From the NCBI GenBank assembly GCA_951406725.2, contig OX597820.1, forward strand, positions 113,088,001-113,152,000: 64,000 nt of DNA, read 5' to 3'. The position numbers and the translations under genes were made by a program. Shown piece by piece: positions 25,140-39,999 of this stretch. Source of the stretch: Octopus vulgaris (Eukaryota). The notes beneath the pieces are model-generated. The model ran no database searches, had not been told where the DNA came from, and saw only the letters and a program-made list of their open reading frames with translations. How positions within the stretch are numbered: the stretch's first letter is position 1; the number at the start of each line of letters is the position of its first letter.

Positions 25140-26750
25140 CTATTCTTTATTGGCCACAGAAGCTGCACACAAATACAAAGGAGAGTGGAGATTTACATAT
25201 AGTGCATGTAAAGAGAAACAATGAACAATAAAAATTCAAATAATAAAATTCCCCAAAAGGAGGGAAGCTCCGTCCAGTGGCAACCAAGGAACCCAACATA
25301 TCCTGGATACTTTGAATGCCAAGGGCACCTCAGGCAGGTACCACTCCCCTCTCCACTCCCATCACCTTCCAGGCACATGCTCAGTGTAGGCTCATTCACA
25401 TGGGCCATCCTTGCTGCGTTCCCTCTCCTTTCAACAAAAATACTAGGGGTGGGGTGGGGAGTAGTACTTCCTCTCCACCCACACTTTCCTTTTCAAATGG
25501 AACTTGAAAAAGTTGATGAGGGCTTCACTGAAGAGGCCAAAAGAAGGCAGTGGAGAAATCCTCACGGTGGATTAAACTGATAACCAGATTCACCCTAATT
25601 GCACCAACAGCTGTTCCATAAGTCAGCAATGACTGAACACTGGACGAGTACATGCAGGATGGTTTCATCACCCTGCGCACATCTCGGACATGTCCATCTG
25701 ACAGCACTTCCATGCCTGTAGAACTTGTCCTGAACTGGCAGAGCTCCTCAGTAACACTGTCAGGCCAGGGATTTTTGGAAATTATTCATAGTTTGTAGCC
25801 TGAAAGTCCTCTGGAAAAGACCAGCTAATTTATCCATCCAGATGCCCAGAGTTTCTCCATGCGTATTGTCACTCTTGCTTGTCTCTAATACCCTATAGAA
25901 CTTCAATAAGGAACTTCCACTATATTTCCCAACTGGCAGAGGACTGTGAGCACTTGCTGACACTCCAGGTGCCAAGTCCCCTTTTTCAGTCTATGCTTGA
26001 TCCAGGATTTATAGCTCCATCAATGAGACAAGCTGCAGTAAATCCTGCCTGACAAATGGTGACCACACCTGATCACCATCAAGTAAATGCTGCAGATGCT
26101 GCAGCCTCATCATTAGCTATGGCATACCCAGTCCTCCACTCAACAGTTGCTACCAGCAGATGGACCATCTGATGGAAAGCAAGTGCTCCAGCTTGATCAG
26201 TAATGAAGCTGGGCAAAGGACAATGCTCAGGCAGTGGTAGATGATGGAAGTGATGTTTGCATTCATCATCTCCACCCGACCCTTCAGGGACAGCTTCCTC
26301 ACTGCCCATTTCTGGGTGAGATTGGCTACCCTGCTTGTCACTTCTCCTGAGTTCTTGTCCACCTGGAGGTCCAAACCAAACCAGACCCCAAGCAATTTAG
26401 TCAGCCCTTCAGTTCAGTATCAAGCTGCATGCCCACTGACTTCTCTTGGTTAATATTTGCTCCTGTCACTTCTTCATACTCTCTTAGGGCACTGACAACC
26501 ACCTCAATGTCAAAGGTATCCAATACTATTACAGTGACATCATCTGCATAAACCAACATGAACCTTCCGCATCCTAGTACATGCAGAATTCCCCTCAAAA
26601 CATCCAGCTTCCATAGCAATGGCTCATGAGCCAGCACGTGCAAGAGGAGTGAGAGTGTATATCCTTGATGGACCAAACATGGGATGTTAAACGATTCTGA
26701 TAAGTGGTCATTTACTTTGACCACCAAACAGATGTTGCTGTCCATTGCAA
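25140..26750 (-). mobile_element. Decayed L1/Tx1-clade LINE, RT and 3' region
   Basis: HLSESFNI..VHQGYTLSLLL..HEPLL, VYADDVTV, ALREYEEVTGANINQEKS, W..RKLSLKGRV. AATAAA at the 3' end. Confidence 0.82.
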
Positions 26751-27072
26751 TTTGAATTCAGAATGTAAAAAGCTGGAACAGATATTGCAAAGCATTTTTT
26801 TTTTCATACTAAAACAATTCTGCTGATCCATCTCTGTAATAACAACAACAATAATAATAACAGCAATTACAGCAAAATGCGTGAACAGACAATCACAAAC
26901 ACACAGAAACAGAAAAATAGACGGAGAAAGAATGAAGAAATATAAGAAAATTTAAAACAGAATAAGAAAATTTTAAGGAAAGGGCCACAAAAGTTCCTGC
27001 CCTAAACTTTTGGTATGTTAAATGTAAATCAAAGTGATAGTCGCACATCACATCATTGATCTGTATATATGC

Positions 27073-27105
<33 letters not shown>

Positions 27106-28600
27106 CAGTGCGGGTGGCACGTAAAAAGCACCCACTACACTCACGGAGTGGTTGGCATTAGGAAGGGCATCCAGCCGTAGAAACACTGCCAGATTTGACT
27201 GGGCCTGATGAAGCCTTCTGGCTTCACAGACCCCAGTAGAACCGTCCAACCCATGCTAGCATGGAAAACGGACGCTAAATGATGATGATGATGATGATGA
27301 TGATTTATTGGTATATATAAGTGTACATATGTGTATCAGTATATATATGTATGTGTACCTGTGTATATGGTAATCTATATATGTGTGCTTGTATATATGC
27401 ATGCGTATGTGCAGCCATGCAGCTAGAGTGATTCATTATTTACTTCATTTCATTGCTCCAACTGTGCAGTGATGTTCAACATGTGTGTGCACTGGCCTGT
27501 TATTAATACACAGTGGTGCTTATTGTGAATGTGCACTGATTTGAAGTGAATATAACATACACTGGCATCATTCCCCAGCTCTGTGCCCTCGTCTCTTTCA
27601 CTATAATCCATTCATCAACACTCTACAACCACTGGCTTATAAAACACAGTTTCCTCTGTTTGTTTCCAACAGCTATATTGCTTTCTGATTCTCTAAACAA
27701 TTTAGCTAAGTATGCCATCATCAACATCGTCATCATCATCGTCCTCGTCGTTGTCATCGTCATCATCATCATCATCATCGTCGTCGTCGTTGTCATCGTC
27801 ATTGCCGCTGTCATCATCATCATAGTTTGAATGTCTACTTGTTCATTCAATAGTTATGAGCTGGATGAATTTTGTGATGGCAAGCACACTATGGCCAAAT
27901 ACCTTCTCTATTAGAGTTTCTACAGCTGGATTCCCGTTAGGAAGGGCATCCAGCTGAAGAAAATCTGCCGGATCAAATTGGAGCCTGGTGCAGCCATCTG
28001 GTTCGCCAGTCCTCAGTCAAATCGTCCAACCCATGCTTGCATGGAAAGCGGACGTGAAATGATGATGATGATGATGATGATTACTAACAATTGCAGTTCT
28101 TGCAAGCAAAGTAATATTATCCCATGGCTAGACATGTTTTCACAAAATATTGGAAACAAAGGATACCAATATTTGGCACTAACACTCATTTGCAGCTATC
28201 GTGCGATGCCAAAGCTAGGAGACATTCACACTTTCCCACTCAATCATGCAATGGTTTTCTTTTAGTTTCCATCTATCAAATCCATTCATGAGGCTCTGGT
28301 TGACCAGAGGCTATAATAGAAGACTCTTGCTCAAGGTGCCGTACATTGGGATTGAACCCAAAGTCATGTGACTGGGAAGCAAACTTCTGAACCACACAAG
28401 TATCTCTGGCTTTATCCATCCACGCCTACATCTATAAAAACTATACAAACTTAACTAAAGCCTATCGGTTTCACTGAGTGCTCTTTCTTCCAGGCTTCCA
28501 TTGTTTTAGATGATAAACTTGTAGGATTTGCTGTAATGGATAAAAGCCATGCAAACAAATTCATAGTAACGTGTGTTGTACATCTGACTATATTTGCACA

Positions 28601-28634
<34 letters not shown>

Positions 28635-29391
28635 TGTGCACTGCAATACTAAAGTCAGTCTGTTTGGTTGTCTGTATGTAAGAGATATATATGTGTATGG
28701 ATAGCTGCTTTTATGTATATTTATGCTTTGGATTGGTATGCGTTTGGGTTCCAGTGTGTATATAATGTCTTATGTGTTTGTGTGTATGCGAGAGTGGGGG
28801 GAAAATGTCCAAACGATTTTCTACATGTGTGTGTGTGTAGAGGTGGGGGAGGGGGCAGAATTTTCAGGTATGTATGTAAACACAGAGACACACGCACACA
28901 ATGCTCTTGATATGTTTAACTAACAAATTTAATGTAAACATGTTTAGCTAAAACGACAGCAGAAAGTCAAACTTCTCATTTACTTTCCATTTCCTGTTTA
29001 AATAGAACCTTAGGGCCTATCCTGTCAAACCCCATCCCGCAAAGGGACACATACACCAACTGGCCAAAAATTGTAACTCTTTTTATTCTTTAAATTATTT
29101 TTAGTACATCTTTTACAATCAATCATGCCAGCTTGAGTACATTATTTCTTAAGCTGATGAAATCTAATAGACTGAAACATGTCCATAGTTGCCATTCTTA
29201 CCTTCTAACAGGCTTCTAATTAAGCAAGTAAATTGATTTTTATTTATGAGATTAAAGTCTTAATTTATCTAAAGTACGGTAGTTTGTCTTTAAGAATCCT
29301 TGAAAATTGTTTCAAGGCTTTTGTTATTTTCTTCTCCAACTAAAAGACAAATTTCAATTAAATGCATTATTTTTTATACAAAATTTAGCAT

Positions 29392-29426
<35 letters not shown>

Positions 29427-30008
29427 CACACACGCATGCACACACATATACATAGAGAAAACACAGAGCTGTGCATTGATGCTAGCTTCTTTCTTGCCAA
29501 TACTACCTTCACCACTACCACCACTACCACCACTACCACCACCACTGCCACCACCACTACTTTTACCTATTTCTTTATTACCCACAAGGGGCTAAACACA
29601 GAAGGGACAAACAAGGACAGCCAAATGGATTAAGTCGATTATATCGACCCCAGTGCGTAACTGGTACTTAATTTATCGACCCCGAAGGGATGAAAGGCAA
29701 AGTCGACCTCAGCGGAATTTGAACTCAGAATGTAGCGGCAGACGAAATACCGCTCAGCATTTCATCCAGCGTGCTAACATTTCTGCCACCAACATCACTG
29801 CCAGCATTAGCACCACCACCACCACCATCTCAACCACCATCACCATCTCCACATAAATGTCTCTACTATCTATCATTTTCTTCCTTTTTTTTTTTTTTAA
29901 TTTCATCTTTATACTATCCAATACCTTGGAGCTTTGTGACTAATAAAAACTCATTATTATTGGGGAGCTGGCAGAATTGTTAGCAAGCTGGACAAAATAC
30001 CTGACAGT

Positions 30009-30055
<47 letters not shown>

Positions 30056-30506
30056 GCTAATAGTGAACAGTGAGAATGAGTGCTCAACACCGCATTGGTA
30101 GATTAATATTCTTTATTTATGGGTTCACAAGGCTATGAATGGTTTCATGAAGCGAGAGATCTCAACAATTATCAAGCCTGCCACATGGGAACATTGGTAT
30201 TTGTCTGCCTCTTGGATGAGAATACACAAATATACACGAGACTGTGTGGGATTTGGGGATAAATAAATAAATATAGAGATCATGGGAGATAATTTATCAG
30301 AAAATCATAATCCCTTGTATTAGCCCTGCATTCATCGCGAATTGATTAATTCTTTAATCATTTTATGTGAGAATGTTCATGCACATCTAAATTTATAAAT
30401 ATAAATAGACACATAAGTGTAATTGCACACCCATACTAAGTGTGTGCTCACACATACACAGGCACATACATACATACACAGGCACATACACACATACATA
30501 CATACA

Positions 30507-30537
<31 letters not shown>

Positions 30538-30849
30538 GCACACAGACACATCTATGCACACATATCTGCATTAAACTTTTCATTTGTATATCATTATGTG
30601 CACGTAATTGTGGAATTTCAGAGATTTTGAAGCTAAACTTAGTGCATGGAAGTGTAAATTCATAAGTGTGTGTATGTGCCTTCTTTTCTAGGAATCATGT
30701 GATGTAATGAATGTGCAATGCTTATATATCTGTGTGAGGATGGAATCCAACACAAGCTTGTGTCTTTTATGCATAATATTCATTTAATGCATATATTTGT
30801 TGTACAGAGAAGAAATTAACTGGGTTGGAGAAGTGGCGAAGTAGGTGCT

Positions 30850-31380
30850 TGTAAGTTCCAAGTATGAATTGTTGCTTGTGCATGCAGGGGGAGAAGATTT
30901 CTTCCCTAATGCTTAAAATGTTCACTGTTAATGTCATGCTATTTAGTTTTTTGGCGATGCAAGGCTCGCATTTGCTGCTCATCCCCTGTAAGTGCTGGCC
31001 TTAGCTATAGTGCTCCAGTTTTTATGGATTCGTTCACTTCACTTTCTTTAAGTGTCCATGTTATATTGGATAAAGATGTTATATGTCTTTTGTTTTTATC
31101 TCTGAACGAAGTCAAATGCTGCATATATCTTTATTTGAAGATGTTTTCCATCATTCTGATGTAAGTTTTTGTTGTTCTGTTCAAATCTGTAATACTGGCC
31201 TTGTATACAAATTCTATTTTTTCTCCCCCAGGTATCTATTGTTCAAGGGACAGCTGTCCAGAGATCTAAAATTACAGAATCTTTTGGGGATGTTCTTACC
31301 ATTGTGATTGAACATGATCAACTTTATAGCTGACTATAGCTGACTGTGACTGTATTTCTATCGAAGATCTTGTGGTAATG
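30850..31380 (-). pseudogene. Decayed Naiad-type PLE C-terminus (linker and GIY-YIG)
   Basis: Minus frames give CNFRSLDSCPLNN, FVYKASI...TYI..ENIFK.RY.QH.TSFR, SLSNITWTLKE and KCEPCIAKK...REEIFSPCMHK, collinear with the 708-aa ORF. Confidence 0.7.
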
Positions 31381-32750
31381 GTTATCTTTACATTTCAGAA
31401 ATTTTCTAGCTATTTTCCTGGCTACATTCATAGAAAAAAAAATTTTTTTACACTACCTATATTGCAATTAGTTTTTAAAATATAAAGAATTTAGTAAAAT
31501 GAGTTTGTCTTTGTTAAGCTTGTATTTGGGACATAAATTATCATGAAGTTATAGGGGAAAATTTTAATTTGAAAACTCTAAAACAGGAAATTTTTACTAT
31601 GGAAACAGGGTTAATTTCAAGTGTGTTGGTATCAAAAGGGTTAAGCTACAGTTCAATAAAAAGTCCAACAATCAGCCCTTTCATGTTTAAACTGGTGATA
31701 TCCAGCCTTTCATACCTATCCTACAATGTCATTCTAAAAAACTTTTTCTGCACATGTGTATATATGTGTCTCTATCAGTCACTGTGTGTGTATGTACATG
31801 TATATGATCCTGCATTCTCTCTCTCTCTCTCGTTCCCTGTTTCTCACTCTGTATGTGTGTGTCTCTCTCATTCTGAGTGTATATGCATGTTCCTGTCTGT
31901 CTTTCTCTTTCCCTCCGCCTGTCTGTCCATTTCTTTCATTCTCTGTCCCTTTTTTTTCTCTCTCTCTCTCTCTCTTTCTTTCCTCCTCTTTCTCTCTCGC
32001 TCCCCTACACACACACACATACACACACACACACACAAACATAACCACAAAATCACTGCAGACAATTATTGTTTTTGTTTTGTTTTTATATTCTTTATGA
32101 CCACCATCACCACTACCAGACTCCTGCCCCACCCCCCACATACACACTGCCACTACCACCTCCACTAGCCCACCCTGCAACCATTACCAGAATTATTTAC
32201 ATTAAGCCAAGTCATGCAAACATATTTTGAGTAAATTTACAATTCAAAGTCAATAGCCATGTTTGAGTTTGAACTTGTGATCCAGTGCTTCAATCAATAG
32301 CAACCTACCACATTAACCTTCTACTTAGGGTATTATCCTTTAACTGTTACTTGTTTTTGTCTTTGCACTGGGGCCACGCTGGAGCACCATGTTAAAGGGG
32401 TTTTTAGGGAATTAATCAGCCCCAATACTTTTTCCTTTAAACTTGGCACTTATTCTATTGGTCTCTTTTGTGGAACTGCTAATTTACGGGGACATAAACA
32501 AACCAACACCGGTTGTCAAGTACCGATAAGGGACAAACAAAAAGGCACACACGCAGACATATATCTATATACACATATACATAAACATATCACTCTCTCC
32601 CTATCTATCTGTCTGTCTGTCTGTCTCTCCCTCCCTCTCTCTCTCTCTATATATATATTATACATATGTATGTATGTATATGTATGTTTGTATGTATGTA
32701 TGTATAATTATAATTTAACTAACTTGTATCAAATTTCTTGGTGCTTACAA

Positions 32751-34270
32751 TGGTGGGCTGAAAAGTTCATAGGCTGACTATAAAAGAATAATGCTAGAAC
32801 TGTGAAATCCTGCATGCACCAATTTCAGCTTTTCTACTTATTAATAACCACATTGTTTCTCTCCAGGTAAATTCACATCTGACTGTTGAAAGAAGACTTC
32901 AGAACTAACTAGTGGTGACTTCTCTTGAAAATGGACAAAATTTGATGTGGTGTTATCAAGTACCTTCAGAAAAAGAGCTTCATCCCCAAGGACAGTCATG
33001 CTGACTTGGTTGCTAGATTAGATGACACTAAGGCGGCAAGTGGGCAGAATCATTAGCATGCCAGGCGAAATGCGTAGCTGTATTTCGTTTGCAGTTATGT
33101 GTTCTGGGTTCAAATTCCGCCAAGGTCGACTTTGCCTTTCATCCTTTCAGGTCAATAAATTAAGTACCAGTTTCGCACTGGGGTCGATGTAATCGACTTA
33201 ATCCCTTTGTCTGACCTTGTTTGTAGCCCCTTGTGGGTAGTAAAGAAATATATATTAGATGACACACCAGCTTTGACAACAGTGCAAAAGTGGGTAGCTG
33301 TATACAGGAGGGGAGAAAAGGGAAGGTTTTGAACATGATACAAGGTTTGGATGTCCTGCTACTGCTACCACCAAGGAAAACATTGATAGTGTTCACCACA
33401 TGCTGATGAATGACAGGCGATTGACTATATGGCCAATGCTATTAGCATATCTCCTGAGAAAATTGATAATATTTTGCACAATGAACTTGGCATGACAAAC
33501 ATTTCTCCTAGGTGTGTGCCATGTTTCCTAACACCTGATCAAGAGAGCGCCTGGCTAATCACATCATGGTAAAATCTGACATTGTTTGAGGCAAATCTAA
33601 CTGGTTTCCTAGAATGTTTGCTAACCAATAATGTATGTTGGGTTCATCACTCTGAGTCAGAGAGAAAGAAACAATCCATGCAGAGGAAACGCCCTCTCCT
33701 CACCTACTTTAGAGAAGGCTAAGGTCACTTCATATGCAGAAAAATGATGGCTTCAGTTTCTGAGGATACAAAAAGCATCCTCAGTCACTTAACTAACATG
33801 CCAGGTGAAATGCTTAGCAGCATTTCGTCTGTCTTCAACTCCTGAGTTCAAATACCTCCAAGCCTTTTGGGGTCAATAAAATAAGTACCAGTTGAGCATT
33901 GGGTTCAATGTAGTTGACTTACAACCTCCCAGAAATTGCTGGCCTAATACTAAAAAGATTGCTGAATGAGTTTCAAAAGGCTCTCCGGAGCAAATGCCCA
34001 GAAAAACTGAAAAAAGGGGTCTTTTTTCATCAGCATCCAAGTCCTTGGTTTCAATGTCTCTTGTGTGTGACTGTGGCTTTGAACTGGTTGATCACACTCC
34101 CTATTTTCCTGATTTGACTCCAGCTGACAATCATCTGTTCCCCAACATCTGGTTGGGAACCATAATCACATTGATGGTGATGTCATATATGCTGTTAATG
34201 ACTTTTTTGACCAACAAGATTGGTTCCAAGCACTGCAACACCAACAGAAGAAAGTATCTCGGTCAGCCAA
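32751..34270 (+). mobile_element. Second copy of the 21706 mariner family, interrupted by two SINEs
   Basis: Same 5' TIR and leader (gtgggctgaaaagttcataggctgact); motif PYFPDLTPADNHLF. Confidence 0.8.
33029..33251 (+). mobile_element. tRNA-derived SINE with a gcctttcatcctttcaggtcaataaa central domain and 12-bp TSD; other copies at ~7130-7280(-), 15765-15950, 24440-24655(-), 29565-29790(-), 33790-33945, 50630-51030
   Basis: ATTAGATGACAC at 33017-33028 and 33252-33263. Multi-copy in the window. Confidence 0.8.
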
Positions 34271-35034
34271 ACAATCAGCAAGTGTTGAAAAAATATTGTA
34301 ATTGTTGGGGCCACACTGAGAAACTGGATCAGAATGAAGGGTTTCCACATAGAATACATTGAAATACTCTTCCTGTCATTATGTGTATCTGTAAAAAGAT
34401 TTGAACTCTAGACTGCATATTAGTAAAATATGTGTCAATTGTAGATAGTCACGTAATCAAAAGCATTCAAACCATAACCTTCATGACATTTTGATAGGTA
34501 TAGCTTAACTACATTATCGGAGGTGCCCATTTTTTGTAGGGTACACACACGTGCACACACATGCAAGCACGCACACACACAAGCACATACACACACAATA
34601 TTTAAAAGGAATTGAAATAAGAGCAAAGGAAAAATAAGCAAAATATAAATAAATAAATACATTAAGATTGTAGGTGAGTCAGAAAAAGATAGAGAAAACA
34701 GGAAGTGTGTATGTAAGGGAAAAGATAGAAAAAGGAACAAGTGTAGAGTAGGGAATTTAAGAGAAGAAAGGGTAACACCTGGAGTTGGAAAACTGCAAAG
34801 GGGTTATGACCCTCTTCTAATTAGTAACACCTAGTAGATAAATGAAAAATTAAGCAACATAGGACTTAGCAGTCACTTAACATAAACTCATATAATTCAG
34901 TACAGAGGTTTAAGGGCATTGATGCAGAGCTTTATAAAAGCAAAGCGCACACTTGCACACAAACAAATATATATAATGTATAAATATACGCACATACGTT
35001 TGTATATATATGTAAATAAATACACACACATATG

Positions 35035-35066
<32 letters not shown>

Positions 35067-35784
35067 TGTATGTATGTATGTATGTATATCACCGTGACCG
35101 TGACCCACCAGACCATCAGATGTTGCTATACATCGCTGATCACAATGCACTTCGCATTGTTTTAGCCTTCAAATAACGCCACCCCGCTGGCTAAGCGAGC
35201 AGGCCAACAGAAGAAAGAGTGAGAGAAAGTTGTGGCGAAAGAATACAACAGGGATCGCCATCACTGCCTGCCAGAGCCTCGTGGAGCTTTAGGTGTTTTT
35301 GCTCAATAAACACTCACAACGCCCGATCTAGGAATCGAAACTGTGATCCTACGACCGCGAGTCCGCTGCCCTAACCACTGGGCCATTGCGCCTCCACGGA
35401 TATACAAGGTTGCTAATCTGGTGAAAGGGGGCTAATTTGGTAGAACAGGTTAAGATTTATTTATTGGCTCCTAAAAAACCTTTCGAATGCGCTCTTCATT
35501 TTTCGTTCATCCATCCTTTCAAACCTTATAAACTGATTTTTAACATAAGCATGGCCGTGTGATTAAGAATTTCCTTTCCAACTACGTGATTTTAAGCTCA
35601 ATTCCACTGTATGGCATCTTGAGCAAGTGTCTTCTATAGCTCCGGACCAACAAAAGGATCTACTTCCGAATCTTTGAAACAGCTGTAAAGTTTTATTTTT
35701 GTATCGTGTAACATGGATATTTATATGTAACATTTTACGCAAATGAAATTATGTAATTGTTCTATCATTGTTCATCAACTTTTC

Positions 35785-35821
<37 letters not shown>

Positions 35822-37121
35822 ACTCCCTCTCTCTGAATATGTGTGTGTGTAAGAGAGAGCGAGAGAGAAAGAGTCTGCGTGTGTTTGTGTTTCTTTGTCT
35901 TGACATCACATGATAGTTGTAAACGAGTGTTATTATCATATAAGTGGTGCCCTTGTCCTCTGTTTCCAATCTCTCATGAAAACATGTCTGGCTATGGGGA
36001 AATATAACCACACTGGAAAACAGGTGGGGGCTTGTGACAGGAAGAGCATCCAGTTGTAGAAAATCTCCTACAACAAATACCCTCTAACCCATGCAAGCAC
36101 GAGAAAGTGGAAGTTAAAACGATGCCCATTTTTTTGTAGGATACATACACATACATGCACACACGTGCACACACATGCACGCACGCACACACACAAGCAC
36201 ATACACACACACACACACACAATATTTAATGATGACGACGACGTCGATGAAGATGATGAAATGATGTTTATAGTTGATTATATCAGTCCAGTACTCACTA
36301 CTTCCTTTAATACTCAATACATTATATATATATATAACAACAACAAGTCCCAGTACGCGAATGATATTTATTTTATTGACTCCTGATGGATAAATAAAGC
36401 AGCACTTGAGCTCCGAACGAAATGATGCATGACAAAATATAACACAACAATTTGTCTGTCACATTAGAGATTCTGGTAATAATAAAACAACTATATGCAG
36501 AGAAATTACCAAAGCTGAAGAAATGAAGAATTTTCTGCAAGAATCATGATATGATCTTCAAGAGACATGCAGATTGCTAGAGGAACGGAAATTGTGGAAG
36601 ACAAATCATCGATTAATGGCAGGAAAGGAATAGTTCTTTAAGCAATTTTCGTGAATTCTGTTGCAAAAGAAAGAACGTATCAATGAAAGATGGAATCCAA
36701 GCAAAACATTCTCGCAGCAGTCCTGCTGCCTTCGTATGACATTTTAATGGAATTGGTCTCTACTAACACCGAGGCATTGTTTCTAGGGAGTGTTCTATAG
36801 TTTGTTATTGATTGAAAATAATAATTAAATAAAATAATTATGTGTGTGAAGGCGTGTATGTATGTTCATGTTTTCATAAATATTTATGCATACATGTGTG
36901 CATATATAATACATATACATCACATGCATATATACGTGCGTATATATGTATGTGCATGTATATATGTGTGCGTGCGTATATATATATGTATTTATATATA
37001 TAAACTCGTACGTACTCACACACTCATATTTACACGTATATACATATGCAAAGATATGTGTGTGTGTATACATACACATATATATACATACAGATATTTA
37101 TACATATACACACATATATAA

Positions 37122-37152
<31 letters not shown>

Positions 37153-37599
37153 CATATGCATATATATATACGCACTCACACACACTCATGTATCTAAATG
37201 TGTATGGATGTGCTAATACTTGTGTATGTGTGCGTGTGCGTGTGTGTGTGTGACACGTCTACATTAGCATGGAAATTATAGCTCACTGTTTGAAACACAT
37301 TAAGCTCACATATTTGTTCAAATCCCTAACCTCCGTCCTTTTCATAACTATTTCTATCATTATTTCTTGCATTATTTCTACTCTGCTTTAATATGATGGG
37401 TTTTACATTTCAATATCTTCATCTGATGAGATGATTTTTTTTTTATATGAGTAAACAAACTATCAAAAACTTGTTTATTATTATCTCCTATTCATTTTTT
37501 TTTATCTTTTGCTTGTTTCAGTCATTCGACTGCGGTCACGCTGGGTCATCGCCTTGAAGGGTTTTAGTCGAACGAATCGATCCCAGTATTTCCTTTTTA

Positions 37600-38140
37600 A
37601 AACTTGCTAACTTAGCACAAGACAAAAGTAACAAACCAGAGGACATACGTCAGATAACCAACAAAGTAGACAAATTTCTATGTAAATTTGGAAGTTGTAA
37701 ACTGTATGACTCAAACTGTTACATTAGCCATGCAGGTATGACACTTTCTCGCTGACTGACCATGGACTTGTAACAAAGTGACGCTGTAAATCTATAATAT
37801 AGAACGACAGGAGATAAAATCAGATAGAAAAATATTAGTTGACAACTCCACAATTTTATATAGAATTCCACAGAATATCAGCAGATTAATTATGGAAGCC
37901 TTTCTAGTAGCAAAATATATATTTTAAAAAATTTAACATACAGCTACATAACATGAAATAAACGATAAAATCTACTGGTATTTACCCGTTTTATAACTTT
38001 TTAAGCCAACATCGATGACCTCTTTTCAGTCATATCAGTATTCCTATGATGTTTTGCAACTTAACGTAGAACACATCAACAAAATAGCATATTATTATCA
38101 TCAGCTCATATTGCTGATGAGGTCAATAAGGTCTTGACAT
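37600..38140 (+). pseudogene. Highly decayed PLE GIY-YIG remnant followed by a possible pLTR
   Basis: KFLCKFGSC...CYISHAGMTLSR*LTM and RLIMEAFLV resemble the YIG..TLSRRLTMH and RLI.EA motifs. CTGATGA lies at ~38114. Confidence 0.4.
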
Positions 38141-38343
38141 GCTAATGGACGAATGGATGTAGAAACACTGCTGTCGTTCCAAGCTAACCGAAAGAATTAG
38201 GGAAATCCTTATTAAGAAAGATTAAACAAACATTGTCATGTCATTAATATAATGTCCGAAAAAGACATTTCACTATTTACAGATTATATATATAGGAAGA
38301 TGTACAAATACATATATATGTGTGTGTGTATATATATATATAT

Positions 38344-38407
<64 letters not shown>

Positions 38408-38504
38408 ATACACACACATACACACACACATATTCATACATACATTCGGAAAAAAGACTGTCCTGGAATAAATATAGAAAATTCCCCACACGTGGAATAC
38501 GTAT

Positions 38505-38640
38505 ACAAATAGCATCACAAGGAATACTGATGGAACATTCCCATCAAAACATCTGTCAAGTATAAGCTTAACAGGCCGGATATTGTTGTTTGGGACAGAC
38601 AAAAAATATGTCCGGCAGATGTGAATATCACTTTGAAAAT
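38505..38640 (+). pseudogene. Restriction-like endonuclease remnant of an R4/NeSL-type LINE
   Basis: WNIPIKTSVKYKLNRPDIVVWD motif. Confidence 0.6.
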
Positions 38641-39380
38641 CGAAAAGAAAGAAGATAACTATGGACAACCGCTTCGAAACCTCCAGTTTCTTTTTCCGGA
38701 TTACTAGTTTACATTTACGGAAATCTGCTTGCATAGCAAGTGACCTGATCTGAGATCAGTGAACAGGTCGCGGTCTCAAAGCGACGAAAATATTTTGGCA
38801 AATTAAATCTAAATGTTGAAGTGAATTGAACGGTTTTTGTGTGTTTCTTAAATGGCTTTTAAACACCTTCCACGCTGCAATTGTTTTAGTTTACATTTAT
38901 ACCAATAATAATTGGAGTATTTGGTTTTGTAAGCAACTGTCTAGCTATCAGTCTGGATAAGCTTAGATTTTCAGAAAAATATGTCAACCAACTGAGCCTC
39001 ACTTTACGAATACAATCTGTAAACGGAACGGTAAGACTAAGCAAGACTTTTCTCGGTCTTGAAATGTGAGATTGTTTTCATTATCTACATTCCAAAGATG
39101 GAGCTTTGTATTTTTATTAGAAACAAAACCAGCTCCTTCTTCATTTAAATTATTAAAAACAGAAGAGAAACTTATATACATGCATACATACATACATATA
39201 TACATACATACATACATACATACATACATGCATATATATACATACATACATTTATACATACATTCATACATACATACATGCATACATGCATATACATACA
39301 TACATACATACATACATACATACATACATACATACATACATACATACATACATACAAAATTACGTACATACGTATATACA

Positions 39381-39930
39381 CAGGGTGTCCGGGGTAAAGT
39401 TGACAATGTGCATAAAAGGAAAAGAGAACATAATATCCCAAACCAAAATAAAAGTGTTATAAAAACTCAAAGCTATCACGTAACCGCTCTCAGCTTGCAA
39501 TACGCCTTTGAGACGGCTCCGAGACCCGGCACATACGTTCCTCACTGTGTCCCTGGGAAGATCTTCGAATAGCTCCTTGGTCTTAACCACCAGCTCGGCC
39601 TTGATGTTGCAGTTGGAGTAGTTGGTGTCTTTCTCAATCACGTCCCACCCATGGGATTACAATCGAGGGAATTAGGAGGTCAGAAACTGGGGCTAGTGAA
39701 GACGTAGAAATTCTCCAACTACTTCTGCCTATTTGTGGAGGTACGGCAAGGAGCCAAATCCTGCTTCCAAACATGGCCTTCCAGCAGAAACCCTCTCCAG
39801 CTATGCTTTCACCATAGTCCCAAGCAGCTTCACGTAGCTATCGGAAACGAGCCTGAAGCTTTGTTAAAAAATGTGGTCGGCATCACATCAACCTCACTGG
39901 TGACACACCCTGAATACCGTCAAAGTTTGG
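39381..39930 (-). mobile_element. Tc1/mariner (maT/DD37D-like) transposon, 3' part
   Basis: TA-CAGGGTGTCC terminus. Minus translation includes ..PPNS..CNP and VRNVCAGSRSRLKGVLQAESGY. Confidence 0.65.
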
Positions 39931-39999
39931 GAGAACTTGGTTTTCATGATTTCCATGACACGTCTTACAGCTTTTACATTGTTCACAGGGTGCTGAACA

